Assembly (NCBI GenBank): GCA_002269645.1
Contig: NIVC01000797.1
Span: forward strand, 378,722-442,721
Origin: Macrostomum lignano
Lineage: Eukaryota
Reading direction: 5' to 3'
DNA length: 64,000 nucleotides
Shown here: positions 22,047 through 33,809 of the stretch, in pieces
How the letters are laid out: every line of letters starts with the position of its first letter
Position numbering within the stretch: the first letter of the stretch is position 1
Notes under the pieces: model-generated
Database searches by the model: none
Seen by the model: the letters and a program-made list of their open reading frames with translations, nothing else
Told to the model about the DNA's origin: nothing
Position numbers and translations under genes: made by a program

Positions 22047-22895
22047 TCAGTTCATTGTAGGGAAACGAATTGGCCTCCTCAGTACGGTCTGTGGTCGGAG
22101 TCCACTTCTGCGCATTGTTCTTGGATCACACTGTGGTATTTCGGATGCGTCCCTCTTTTCTCGCTGACTGTCGCTCATTCCTCCTCCACCAGAAAACGTT
22201 ACCAGAGCCTCGTCAGATTCTGAGTCTGGGAATATCTTTCTGGCCTTATTAACGTGGCGCTTCTTGATTGTGCCACTTTTGTTCTCCAGGATCAACAGTC
22301 CTCCGACTCGCTTCCTTACGTAGTATTGCTCTGTACCAAAAAAACTATCGTACTTGTTCCTTGCTTCCCTTTCAATCACTACTGTGTCACCTGTTTTGAT
22401 GCCGCAGTCACGAGCGTTCCGATTAGCGTAGTTGGACATTTTTCTTTTGTAATCGGCGTCTTTATCTTTCTGCTTAATCAAAGGATCTATTGTCTCGTCG
22501 TTCATTTGAGGAAGTTTTGTCCGCGCGCTCCACCGAAAGAAAAGGTTTGCTGGCGCTACGCCTGTTGCTCTCATCGGTGTTGTTCTATAGGCGTGCAAAA
22601 AGATTTGCAATTCCTCTTCAAAACTTGATCCATTCAAAATTCTGGATCTTCTGATGACTTTGTTCAATGTTTCATTGAATCTTTCCACCTCCCCATTTGC
22701 TGCTGGGTGACGCGGAATTATCCGAGAGTGAATGACACCTTGACTGTTAAGGTATTCGTCAACGACTTTCGAACAGAAATTTGTTCCGTTGTCTGAGACG
22801 AGTTCTTTCATTGGTCCAAATAGTGAAATCACTTTCTTTAGAATTCGCACTACGTCGCTCGCTTCTGTGCGCTTCATGATGAACACTAGAGGACC
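22047..22895 (-). mobile_element. Ty3/gypsy integrase, C-terminal two-thirds (5'-truncated)
   Basis: LVSDNGTNFCS...HPAANGEVERFNETL...AYRTTPMRATGVAPANLFF: second Asp and Glu of the DDE core plus downstream motifs; open to the stop at 22047. Confidence 0.9.
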
Positions 22896-23562
22896 CACGG
22901 GCCGCTGAGACTGTCTATGGTAAAATCCCATTTACTCCAATGCATTCAGTCGGTTTCACGGCCTGCTGAAAATGTCTATGGCAAAGTCAGAAGAAAGCGG
23001 GGTCAAGGGGGCGCTGAGCCCCCTTGCGGGGGTGTGGGGGCGGAGCCCCCACAGTAGCACACCAGCACACAAGACAAAGAAAGAAATAATGAAATCCAAA
23101 AATTGTCTATGGCCAAGACTCCTTATTTTGCGAATTGAATAAATAGTAACTGATATTAAGAATTGTTAAGCAGCACTAAGCTTTACTTTAAGTTGTAGAA
23201 ACATTAACTAGATACTTAAATGCATACGAGTTTTTTTACTTATTGAAGTTGGCCATAGATTATTGCAGCGGGCGGGATGCCGTGCGTTTCTCCCCGTTTC
23301 AACACGCCTAGGCTAACTATAACAAGAATATACATATACCATGGTAACCGAAACGTCTTCCTCTGGTCTGTTGCATCAGCCAACCAGCATCACTTTCTTT
23401 TGATGCGCCTTCCCCAACATCCGGAGGGTTTAGCTCTTAGTAGATGAGTGAGATTCTGTGAGAAAGCAGAACTCTCTGTGGATATTTCTAAAAATCAAAT
23501 TACCACTGCTTTATAATTTCTTTTTGGACTTTGATTTCTCTGGTAGCAGTTTCGTTGCAACA

Positions 23563-24251
23563 ATGGGTGTGCAAGCAAGGCTGGCGTTGATTTTCTTGGC
23601 TATGCAAGCTCCAGCTGCGATGCAGGACGCCTACAACCTGATCACCGGCTACCTGTGCATCAGGAGCGACTTCATTGAGACTCCAGGTGGCTCTGGGACA
23701 AAATATTTCTGTGCCTCGATGTGCAGCCGCAACCCGCGCTGTCAGGCGTTCAGCCTGGCTGACGGTCCGTGCCAGCTGTTCGTGTTCGACAAGTGCAGCA
23801 AGTCGGTGAGGAACTGCGGCTGCTCCAGGAGAGGCCGGGTGTTTGTGAAGCAGCAGCCGGGACTCGAGGCGGGCGCGCTGTGCCCGTCTGGCTACGGAGA
23901 CGACCTGTGCGGAGTGAAGTACAAGCTGCTCAATGGAGCGGACTTCTGGTGGCCGAGCAGACAGAAGTGCGAGTCGGAGAGCGGTCTGGCGATCATGGCC
24001 GACATGATGGACGCCACCGAGATGAGCCACGTGGAGACGATCTACAGCAAGTACAGCACTGGATTTTCGATGTGGCTGGTACTGGGTCGGCTGCAACATC
24101 ACCGTTGACGACAGCCTGTGGAATGCGAGGGAGCCGGTCACACGGAGAAAATGTAATCGGCCGATATTACCGTTGGGACAACCTGGCTGACTTCTGGGAA
24201 TCGGTGGACAGATTTCGAGTCCTGTGCGAGTGCGTGTCGCCGTTTGTTTGA
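23563..24251 (+). pseudogene. Secreted PAN/apple-like + C-type lectin protein, two frameshifts
   Basis: Signal peptide MGVQARLALIFLAM; CASMCSRNPRCQAFS...CQL (PAN-like); CPSGY...C...W..SRQKC (CTLD start). Frame is lost at about 24079 and again at about 24140; terminus LCECVSPFV*. Confidence 0.75.
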
Positions 24252-24764
24252 GCTGCCGAGCAGCCAGTGAATTCAATGATGCGGAGTTGAAGAAAAATTA
24301 ACTAATTAACCAAACAAATTAAACCTACTTAAAGAGAATGAACTTACTTGTATTTAAAGTAAAAACATTTTATGCTGTTGTATTCTAAGCTTGTTAAGTT
24401 TTATTTTTACCAGCAGCAGATCAAAACAGCTCCATCCTCCATCATAGCAGTAGAAAAACCGCTTAACGAACCTGTTCTCAGCAGGCTCTTTTTATCAACA
24501 TTGCATTAGCTAATCCTAAAATATGTTCTCAGAGATATAACAATAGCCTCTTAACTTTTTCCAAACTGATTTCCGAAATAAAAGTCTTTAAGCTTTAAAG
24601 TCTGTCTGACATATTTATCATAAATCATTGACTTACCGAAAACTGCCATGTGACGTTTGATTCAATTTATTAATTTACAAAATAAGACTTTGTATATATG
24701 GCTCGTAGCTTCGAAGTCAAATGACTGAAAGCAAACATCAGTTTAAGCGTTTAAATTGAGTCAG

Positions 24765-25180
24765 GAGGAGTGTGCCCGCCAGGCTACGGAGAGGCGACCT
24801 GTGGGGAGTGAAGTACAAGCTGCACTTTAAGGCCGATTTATGCAGTGGCCGAGCAGACGCCTGTGCTGTTCGAGTCGGAGAGCCGCCTCCGAGGTGGACG
24901 CCTCCGAGATGAGCCACGTGGACTCGATCTACGATAGCCGGGCGAAACGCATCTCGTTCTGGCTGGGCGACCTCCTGCCGGCAGCTGGCAGCCCGGAGCC
25001 AGCAGGCGGCTGGTACTGGGTCGGCTGCAACATCTCCGCTGACGCCAGCCTGTGGGGCAGCGGAGAGCCCGAGAATCCGGAGAATGCTATCGGAAGGTGG
25101 TTCGGTCACGACAAGCTGTCCGACTTCAGAGACTACTCCGCATTCCACATGCCGTTCTGTGCGAATGCTGGTCTCCATTC
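24765..25180 (+). pseudogene. Tandem C-type lectin paralog, 5'-truncated and frameshifted
   Basis: Nucleotide similarity to 23880-24240; FWLG...GGWYWVGC...LWGSGEPEN; several indels at the 5' end. Confidence 0.7.
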
Positions 25181-26755
25181 AACTCAGTTGCAGCTAATAT
25201 TTAAGGTCTCGAGTCGTTGAAAATTTAAACAAAATATTATTTAAAACTGTTTTCACACACGTTGGATGAAATAGTATCATATATGCAGTGTCATTTTCTA
25301 ATCGGCCCGAAAATTTTCCTTTAACATGACATTCTTGAAACCCGGTTCAGTACATTCTTCTCCTTTTCCCAGTGTGGCTATGGAAAAGGACGTCCGAGGA
25401 AGAAATTCAATCACTCCGGCGTCTCCAATAGCATATTTTGATTTAGACTGCTGTATATAACGAAAATGAAATTTTAATTACTACTGTACACAACTATATA
25501 AAATCTATGCAGAGTAACATGTTGTGCATGCTTAGTTAAAGAAATGGTAGTCTTCACTGCCCAGATCAAAAGCAAATTAATAGACTTTTTGATAAAAAAA
25601 ATTCTACATGTATGTGTGCATTTATTCCAGGAAATTGCATGGCCTCGTAAAAATTCACCAGCTTCGAAGTTTTACATGCATATGTACATCCTGTTAAAAT
25701 ACAGTGACCCATGTATTATCAATCCTGCACACTGCAGACGTGCACGCGGAGATACATATGTACTCATATGTACATGTACTCATTGTAAACATGCACATGT
25801 ATGTACGAAACATTTTTGCAATACTTTTCGTAAATAAATTTCTTCTATGAAACTACTTTTAACAGCAAGCAGAAGTTTTGGTAATCTTCTCAAGCAAGTT
25901 GACTTTTATAAGGTTTGTTGATTAAATATTTTTTTCTTCATACATACATCTTACACAGACTTTCTCACGGCTCTTTCCCATCCCATCACATGCGATTAAC
26001 TAACCTGTTTGTATTTTTTAATAAATATATGCAGTAGCCCCACGAAAATTGTAATCGTCTATCATCGTTTAAAGAAGATATCAAAAGTGCATGTAGAAGC
26101 TGTAGACGTAGAGCAACTGACATATACAGTGTACAGCAAAATAAGAGACTACATTAAACAACTGGGACTAACCCGTTGAAAACAATATGGTTAATCTTGA
26201 AAGTAAATATACGAAAAGTAACTTTTGGTTGGTTAATTTACTACAGTTTAACTTTCGAAAAGCGAATGTACATAAATTAACCACACGGACACTTTGAGGT
26301 TAATTTCGGTTTACAAACTGGTAAGTTAACGAATGTAAACAACCAAGTAAATGAGAAAGCTTAAAATCCAATCCTACGTTGGGTAATTTATAGTGTTTCG
26401 ATTTAAATTTTTTTGTGATAGAATATGTATTATGGATGATATACGATTGTATTTCTTTAACTAAGGCTTTTTCTACGAAACCAAAATTTTCTTAGCACTG
26501 ATTTAAAATTTTGTTTTTCTGCGAAAGTTGCTAAGCTGAAAGCTAGCGCAAAGTGAAGCCTATAAAGTAAGAAATGTACATCTTTTAAGTTATATATACT
26601 GCGTAAAGAAAAAACTGTTGGAAGTTTTTCGAAAAATCTTAGTTCCACTAATTTCGCGCTATTTTCCTCCCGGATTTACATACAGATTTACATACATACA
26701 GTTATTGTACTGTTTCAATCTTGAAAGGTGTAAGAGCCTTTGATTTAAAATTTAT

Positions 26756-29700
26756 ATGGCCAAAGCGTACGATTATTTATTCAAGCTTTTGCTTATCGGT
26801 GATAGTGGCGTCGGAAAAACATGTTTGCTGGTTCGTTTCGCTGAAGATAATTTTTCTCCGACATTTATATCAACCATAGGTAAGTTATGAGATACATTAG
26901 AAATAAGTTAAATAAAAAAAATGCGATTTTCCCTGTTTAATCCTTTTGCATAGCTTATTTTCGTTCAATAAGGTATTACAATGTCTATATGTTTTGAGAA
27001 ACTTTGAGTTTAATGTTTAATGTTGGGCATTTAGTCAGTTTTACTTTTCATTTATTAATTATGTTCAACAAGGATTTGATTTAACAAAAGTTGAATATTT
27101 TGTATCATGGCTATTGTTACCATTATGAATAACATGTTATTCTCAGTCACTCTATTAAATTTTTCTCATAGGATTTTTCATAGGGAACATTTCTAAAATT
27201 TGGTTTAAATACTTGTATCTTTTGAATCTAATTATGCAAATATGATTTCAAATATTGTAAAATTTGAGCAATGAAACAATTCTTTAGTATTTACATTTAA
27301 AAAATTTTGTCCTATATATGCCTTTTTGGGCATGAAACTATTTAAACCTTAATATTCTTTTTAAGTTTAAGATTTTACAACTAATTATATATTAAGTATA
27401 CTAGTTAAGTTTTATATAAATGCACAAATTAATTTTAATTGTATATGTATTTATAAGTAGGATATGCAATTTTATTTTGTCCTGTTATGCTTTAAATTAG
27501 AAAAAATAACATTAAGAGTTTTATTTAAATAATAACATGTTTTTTTCTTTTTGTCAAATCTAAAGTCAATAAATAGTCTCAAGCTTTCACTTGCCAATTC
27601 TTTTTTTTAGGAATTGACTTCAAGGTTCGCACTATTGATTTGGATGGAAAACGTGTTAAACTGCAGATATGGTAGGCTACAATTTTTATGCCTGATTATT
27701 TAAAGGATGTAGGGTGCACAAAGACAAAAAAGGCATGATTAGACATTAAGAGGATAGGGCTATTTAATGAGAGATGGTAGAGCTAGATAAAGGAGATAGT
27801 AGAGCTGGATAAAGAGAGGGTAGAGCTGGATAAGGGAGTGGGTAGAGCTGGATAAAGAGAGGGTAGAGCTGGATCAGGGAGAGGGTAGAGCTGGATAAGG
27901 GAGAGGGTAGAGCTGGATAAGGGAGAGGGTAGAGCTGGATAAGGGAGAGGGTAGAGCTGGATCAAGGAGAGGGTAGAGCTGGATAAGGGAGAGGGTAGAG
28001 CTGGATCAGGGAGAGGGTACAGCTGGATCAGGGAGAGGGTAGAGCTGGATCAGGGAGAGGGTAAAGCTGGGGCACAGAATCAGGTATCCCAGTGCAGTAC
28101 AGTGGTAAATAAAGCAATCTCCCAGCTAATATAATATTCAATAACCACAACTAATCCGCAGGGACACAGCTGGCCAGGAACGATTCCGCACCATCACCAC
28201 AGCGTACTATCGCGGCGCTATGGGCATCGTTTTAGTTTACGATGTCACTAGTCAGAAGTCGTTTCAAAATATTCGCACCTGGATTGGAAATATCAACGAG
28301 CACGCCAGCTCAGATGTTGAGCGAATGCTATTAGCTAATAAATGCGACATGCCCGATAGACGGATGGTGGCCACTGAGCAGGGTCAGAAGGTGCGATTGA
28401 CCTATTTGTGTGACCTGTTTTTAGTAAACTTTTACTCAAGTTTTCACACCACTACGTTTATGGACTTTGTAACGGGTGTTTCGTGTCCGGTGTGTGTGTC
28501 CCGTAGGTGTTTCGTGTCCGGTGTGTGTGTCCCGTAGGTGTTTCGTGTCCGGTGTGTGTGTCCCGTAGGTGTTTCGTGTCCGGTGTGTGTGTGTCCCGTA
28601 GGTGTTTCGTGTCCGGTGTGTGTGTGTCCCGTAGGTGTTTCGTGTCCGGTGTGTGTGTCCGATAGGTGTTTCCGTGTTGTCCGGTGTGTGCTTCACGTCC
28701 GGTGTGTGCTTTATGTCCGGTGCGTGCTTCATGTCCGGTGGGTGTTTCCGTGTTGTCCGGTGTGTGCTTTATGTCCGGTGCGTGCTTCATGTCCGGTGGG
28801 TGTTTCCGTGTTGTCCGGTGTGTGCTTCACGTCCGGTGTGTGCTTTATGTCCGGTGGGTGTTTCCGTGTTGTCCTGTGTGTGTTTCATATCCGGTGGGTG
28901 TTTCCGTGTTGTCCTGTGTGTGCTTCATATCCGGTGGGTGTTTCCGTGTTGTCCTGTGTGTGTTTCATATCCGGTGGGTGTTTCCGTGTTGTCCTGTGTG
29001 TGTTTCATATCCGGTGGGTGTTTCCGTGTTGTCCTGTGTGTGTTTCATATCCGGTGGGTGTTTCCGTGTTGTCCTGTGTGTGTTTCATATCCGGTGGGTG
29101 TTTCCGTGTTGTCCGGTGTGTGCTTTATGTCCGGTGTGTGCTTCATGTCCGGTGTGTATTTTCGTGTCCGGTGTGTTTCTCTGACCGGTGTCCAGGTGTA
29201 TCCAGTGGGTGTTTCAGTGTGGGAATTTCTAGCCTGGGGATGTTTCTTAAAGAGCTGGACAATTCTATAAGCAGCTGGCGTCTGTTTAAACACTTGGTGT
29301 TTATAATCTGCATCAAGTGAGGCATTCCAACCCTGCCACAACCGCTAACCGGTTTACACCTGCCAGTCCTGGTCAGCTAAATTTATATCTACAAACTCGA
29401 ATGGCCTGCCTACGAGCGTAAATGTGAAACTTTGAATCAAAATTGAATTCATTCTGCACTTTCAGATTCACTAATAATGCTAAAATTTAATTAATAATTC
29501 CTTGCTTCTGATTAAATTCTGGTTAGCAACTATGCACCAATTTCCACTGGATCCATTTTCTAAGTTAGCTGAAAGTAGTATATTGGGCTTTGATTATCCA
29601 TTCTGTCTATTGCGTTGGCTATAGATTAGCAATCCATTCTATTTATCACATTGGCTATAGATTAGCAATCCATTCTATTTATCACATTGGCTATATATTA

Positions 29701-30338
29701 GCAATCCATTCTGTTTATCACATTGGCGATAGATTAGCAATCCATTCTGTTTAACACATTGGCGATAGATTAGCAATCCATTCTGTTTATCACATTGGCT
29801 ATAGATTAGCAATCCATTCTATTTATCACATTGGCTATATATTAGCAATCCATTCTGTTTATCACATTGGCGATAGATTAGCAATCCATTCTGTTTAACA
29901 CATTGGCGATAGATTAGCAATCCATTCTGTTTATCACGTTGGCTATAGATTAGCAATCCATTCTGTTTATCACGTTGGCGATAGATTAGCAATCCATTCT
30001 GTTTATCACATTGGCTATAGATTAGCAATCCATTCTGTTTATCACGTTGGCGATAGATTAGCAATCCATTCTGTTTAACACATTGGCTATAGATTAGCAA
30101 CCCATTCTCCCAACCGCAGCTCGCAGCAGAATACCAGCTGCGTTTCCTAGAAACCTCGGCCAAGTCCGGTTCGAACGTGGAGGAGGCGTTCTTCCTGCTA
30201 GCCAAGGGCATCAAAGCCAAACTGGACGGGAAGCGATCAGCGCCAGGCGCGTCCAGTGGCGCCGCCTCGTCAGAGCAGCGCGGCGGCAAACAGCGCCAAC
30301 GAGAGAGCGGCAAGAAGTTTCGGTGCGAAATTTTATAA
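26756..30338 (+). CDS. RAB8: Rab8-family small GTPase, 4 exons
   Basis: Exons 26756-26879, 27611-27671, 28162-28390, 30120-30338 (GT-AG, in phase). [59 protein letters not shown] and C-terminal CAAX CEIL. Rab10/13 are not strictly excluded. Confidence 0.9.
27775..28070. repeat. 22-nt minisatellite (GTAGAGCTGGATAAGGGAGAGG)n in Rab intron 2
   Basis: Visible tandem. Confidence 0.9.
28470..29200. repeat. Compound GT-rich minisatellite (units of about 30-40 nt) in Rab intron 3
   Basis: CCGGTGTGTGTCCCGTAGGTGTTTCGTGT grading into CCGGTGGGTGTTTCCGTGTTGTCCTGTGTGTGTTTCATAT. Confidence 0.9.
29613..30108. repeat. 36-nt minisatellite in Rab intron 3, abutting the acceptor
   Basis: Unit TTGGCTATAGATTAGCAATCCATTCTGTTTATCACA, about 14 copies. 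Confidence 0.95.
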
Positions 30339-30804
30339 ATTTTTGCTTTCTGCCTGTTGCCGTGACAACCGGCTGAAAGTAAATCTAACCAGTTTTATTA
30401 TCATATTTGCATTTGTTGCTACGCTGCGTTGCTTAATTATCAATTAATACTTGAGACTGTTTTGAATGGCTCGCTATCTAACCTCAATAAATTATATTTT
30501 TTCCAAGCTGGTTGAGAAAAAGTTTTTTACTACTTTATAAAATTATTTCATCATTCGTATTTGGCTACTTTTTGTCAGTAGCGTTTTGTGATCAAAGTTT
30601 GTTATGTGAATTTTTTATCTTTTATTGATTTCATTTTCGTTGGCTATGAAAGCTTGAGATGATATCTTAGTCGTTTGCGATTTTTATTGTTGATATATTC
30701 GATTATTTTTGTATAGAAAGCTTTTATGCTTCTCAAACTTTACTTGAGGTATTTTGGTCGCTGAAGCACCGCTGTCACCTGCCCACATCCTCCCTCAGTT
30801 ACTA

Positions 30805-31205
30805 AGCCAGCCTCCCAGATCCCCACTTGCTGGGCCAGCCTCCCAGATTCTCAGTTGCTGGGCCAGCCTCCCAGATCCTCAGTTGCTGGGCCAGCCTCCC
30901 AGATCCTCAGTTGCTGGGCCAGCCTCCCAGATCCTCACTTGCTGGGCCAGCCTCCCAGATCCTCACTTGCTGGGCCAGCCTCCCAGATCCTCACTTGCTG
31001 GGCCAGCCTCCCAGATCCTCAGTTGCTGGGCCAGCCTCCCAGATCCTCACTTGCTGGGCCAGCCTCCCAGATCCTCAGTTGCTGGGCCAGCCTCCCAGAT
31101 CCTCAATTGCTGGGCCAGCCTCCCAGATCCTCACTTGCTGGGCCAGCCTCCCAGATCCTCACTTGCTGGGCCAGCCTCCCAGATCCTCACTTGCTGGGCC
31201 AGCCT
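30805..31205. repeat. 28-nt minisatellite (CTGGGCCAGCCTCCCAGATCCTCAGTTG)n
   Basis: About 14 near-identical copies. Confidence 0.95.
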
Positions 31206-31731
31206 CTAAATATGTGACCTAGTGTTTCACCCACTTTCGTTATGTTAAGTCGTTTAGCTGAACAGTAATTGAACTCACTAGTGGGTTGAAGTGCTATTGA
31301 TTATTCTAAACTTCAGCAGTATTTCTGTAGTAAAAAGAATATTTTAACAATAAGTCAACTGCATCTCTTGACGTACGTCTTAAGCGTACTACAGATTCAA
31401 TTTCTGTCGTAATTTATGGTTGCTTTATATTTTTATACAATCATTGTATCTTTGTTAAGATTATAGATCCTTAGTCAATATATTCTCCTATTCGCTAATT
31501 ATTCTTTATAGGTATTCCAGTTTTATAACAGAGAAAGTTATAGAGTGTCGTAATCTGTCGTGACTCGTAATCTAATATTTGTAATCTTGTCCTTTTTTAA
31601 ATGCAATAAATTAGCCATGTAAATCGGATCATTTATATTTCTAATTTTGTCGAAAAAATTACTGCTTGAAGTTTTTTTGTTGGATATAGGTTTCTTGTTT
31701 AAGTTCAAATGGAGATAGCCATTTAGCGTGA

Positions 31732-32452
31732 AGTCCGATGTACATTCAGGAGAGAGATACTATAGTGGGTGCGGGATTGGGTCCGATGTACATTCAGAAT
31801 AGAGATACTATAGTGGGTGCGGGATTGGGTCCGATGTACATTCAGGTGAGAGAGACTATAGTGTGTGTGGGATTGGGTCCGATGTACATTCAGAATAGAG
31901 ACTATAGTGTGTGTGGGATATGGTCCGATCTACATTCAGAATAGAGACTATAGTGTGTGTGGGATATGGTCCGATGTACATTCAGAATAGAGACATAGTG
32001 GGTGTGGGATATGGTCCGATGTACATTCAGAATAGAGACTATAGTGTGTGTGGGATATGGTCCGATGTACATTCAGAATAGAGACAGTGGGTGTGGGATA
32101 TGGTCCGATGTACATTCAGAATAGAGACTATAGTGTGTGTGGGATATGGTCCGATGTACATTCAGAATAGAGACTATAGTGTGTGTGGGATATGGTCCGA
32201 TGTACATTCAGAATAGAGACATAGTGGGTGTGGGATATGGTCCGATGTACATTCAGAATAGAGACATAGTGGGTGTGGGATATGGTCCGATGTACATTCA
32301 GAATAGAGAGACTATAGTGTGTGGGATTGGGTCCGATGTACATTCAGAATAGAGACTATAGTGGGTGTGGGCGTCGGATGTGTCCGATGTACTCGTACAT
32401 TCAGGAGGGAGACTATAGTGGATGTGGGATAGGGTCCAATGTACATTCAGAA
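31732..32452. repeat. Minisatellite of about 46 nt
   Basis: Unit GTCCGATGTACATTCAGAATAGAGACTATAGTGTGTGTGGGATATG with length variants. Confidence 0.95.
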
Positions 32453-32911
32453 TATGCCTGCCATTTGAAACAAAAATCAATAAACAGAGCTCAATGTTGG
32501 ACACTGTTCATAATGCTGCGAACAAAAGCGATCGCATAATGGTTGGGCAAAAAAGGTGCGTAGCACGGTATTTAAAATAAATACAGCATGTATTTTTTAT
32601 TTTTCGCTAGGCTCACAGTTTTATATATAATTGAAAGTGTAAATATGGCATTCAAATTACTTGTGCTAAGAAAAAGGTCGGCAAATGTAGAACGCTATAA
32701 AATAGTGGTCACAGCAAAAGAGAAAAAAAGTTACTTGGACGATTTGTTTTTGTGTGCAGATAATTTGGTTTACTTTGCTAAGAGGCTTAAGACAGTTACT
32801 GACTGGACAAAAAAATAGCAAATCACTTTGCACTACATTAAAAATTATAAGTTCACTACACTGCTCCCACTTTCTTTGACGCTTAGACACAAACAAATTT
32901 GATGCTTAAAT

Positions 32912-33170
32912 CTTAATACGTTTGACGCTTAGACCTTGACACGTCTGACGCTTAGACCTTGACACGTCTGACGCTTAGACCTTGACACGTCTGACGCTTA
33001 GACCTTGACACGTCTGACGCTTAGACCTTGACACGTCTGACGCTTAGACCTTGACACATCTGACGCTTAGACCTTGACACGTCTGACGCTTAGACCTTGA
33101 CACGTCTGTCGCTTAGTCTTCACCACATCTGACGCTTAGTCTTCACCACATTAGATGATTAGGTCCCAAG
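32912..33170. repeat. 23-nt minisatellite (GACGCTTAGACCTTGACACGTCT)n
   Basis: Visible tandem. Confidence 0.9.
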
Positions 33171-33435
33171 CACATCTGACACTCGTACAACAACAAAATT
33201 CTGGGATTATAATACAGCACATCAGTAATACTGATCCAAAAAAAGCAATGACAAAAATCGCTTCAATGTGCAGCAGGCTTTCTGTGTTCAAAAAAGTTAA
33301 CATCGATCGATGCAGAACGCAAAGTTAATAACATTGTTTTTAAATCTGCTGTTTTTAGTCCTGATTTTTTATTCTTCTGAAAAAGCTTCACGAATTAATT
33401 TATGCTAACAAAAGTATCGTTTCAAAAGCATCTAC

Positions 33436-33773
33436 TTAGTCATCAGGATCATATTCGTCTTCGTCTTGAAAATCTTCATCTCTTAATGGGATTTCGTCTT
33501 CGAATTTTGCTGCTCCTTGAGGTTGCTGTTCTTGTTGCTGTTGTTGTTGTTGTTGTTGCTGTTGGTGTTGTTGCTGTTGGTGTTGTTGCCAAGTCTGCCT
33601 GTGAATTCTAGCATGCCTAGTGATCATGTCTCTCCTGCAGGCCGTATAGGAGCACAGCTGGCATCTGTACGGCTTTTCTCCAGTATGTGTTCGCAGATGC
33701 GTGTTCAGATGATCGGACCTGCGATGTCAAATATTTTTAGCCAAATTTGCTTGAAACACGTTAGTTAGTTGGC

Positions 33774-33809
<36 letters not shown>

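Noticed and set aside
23330-23400. Hammerhead ribozyme or Penelope end (GAAACGTC)
   Set aside because: No CTGANGA core with compatible stems; other CTGATGA hits (about 995-1002, 63205) also lack the GAAA partner.
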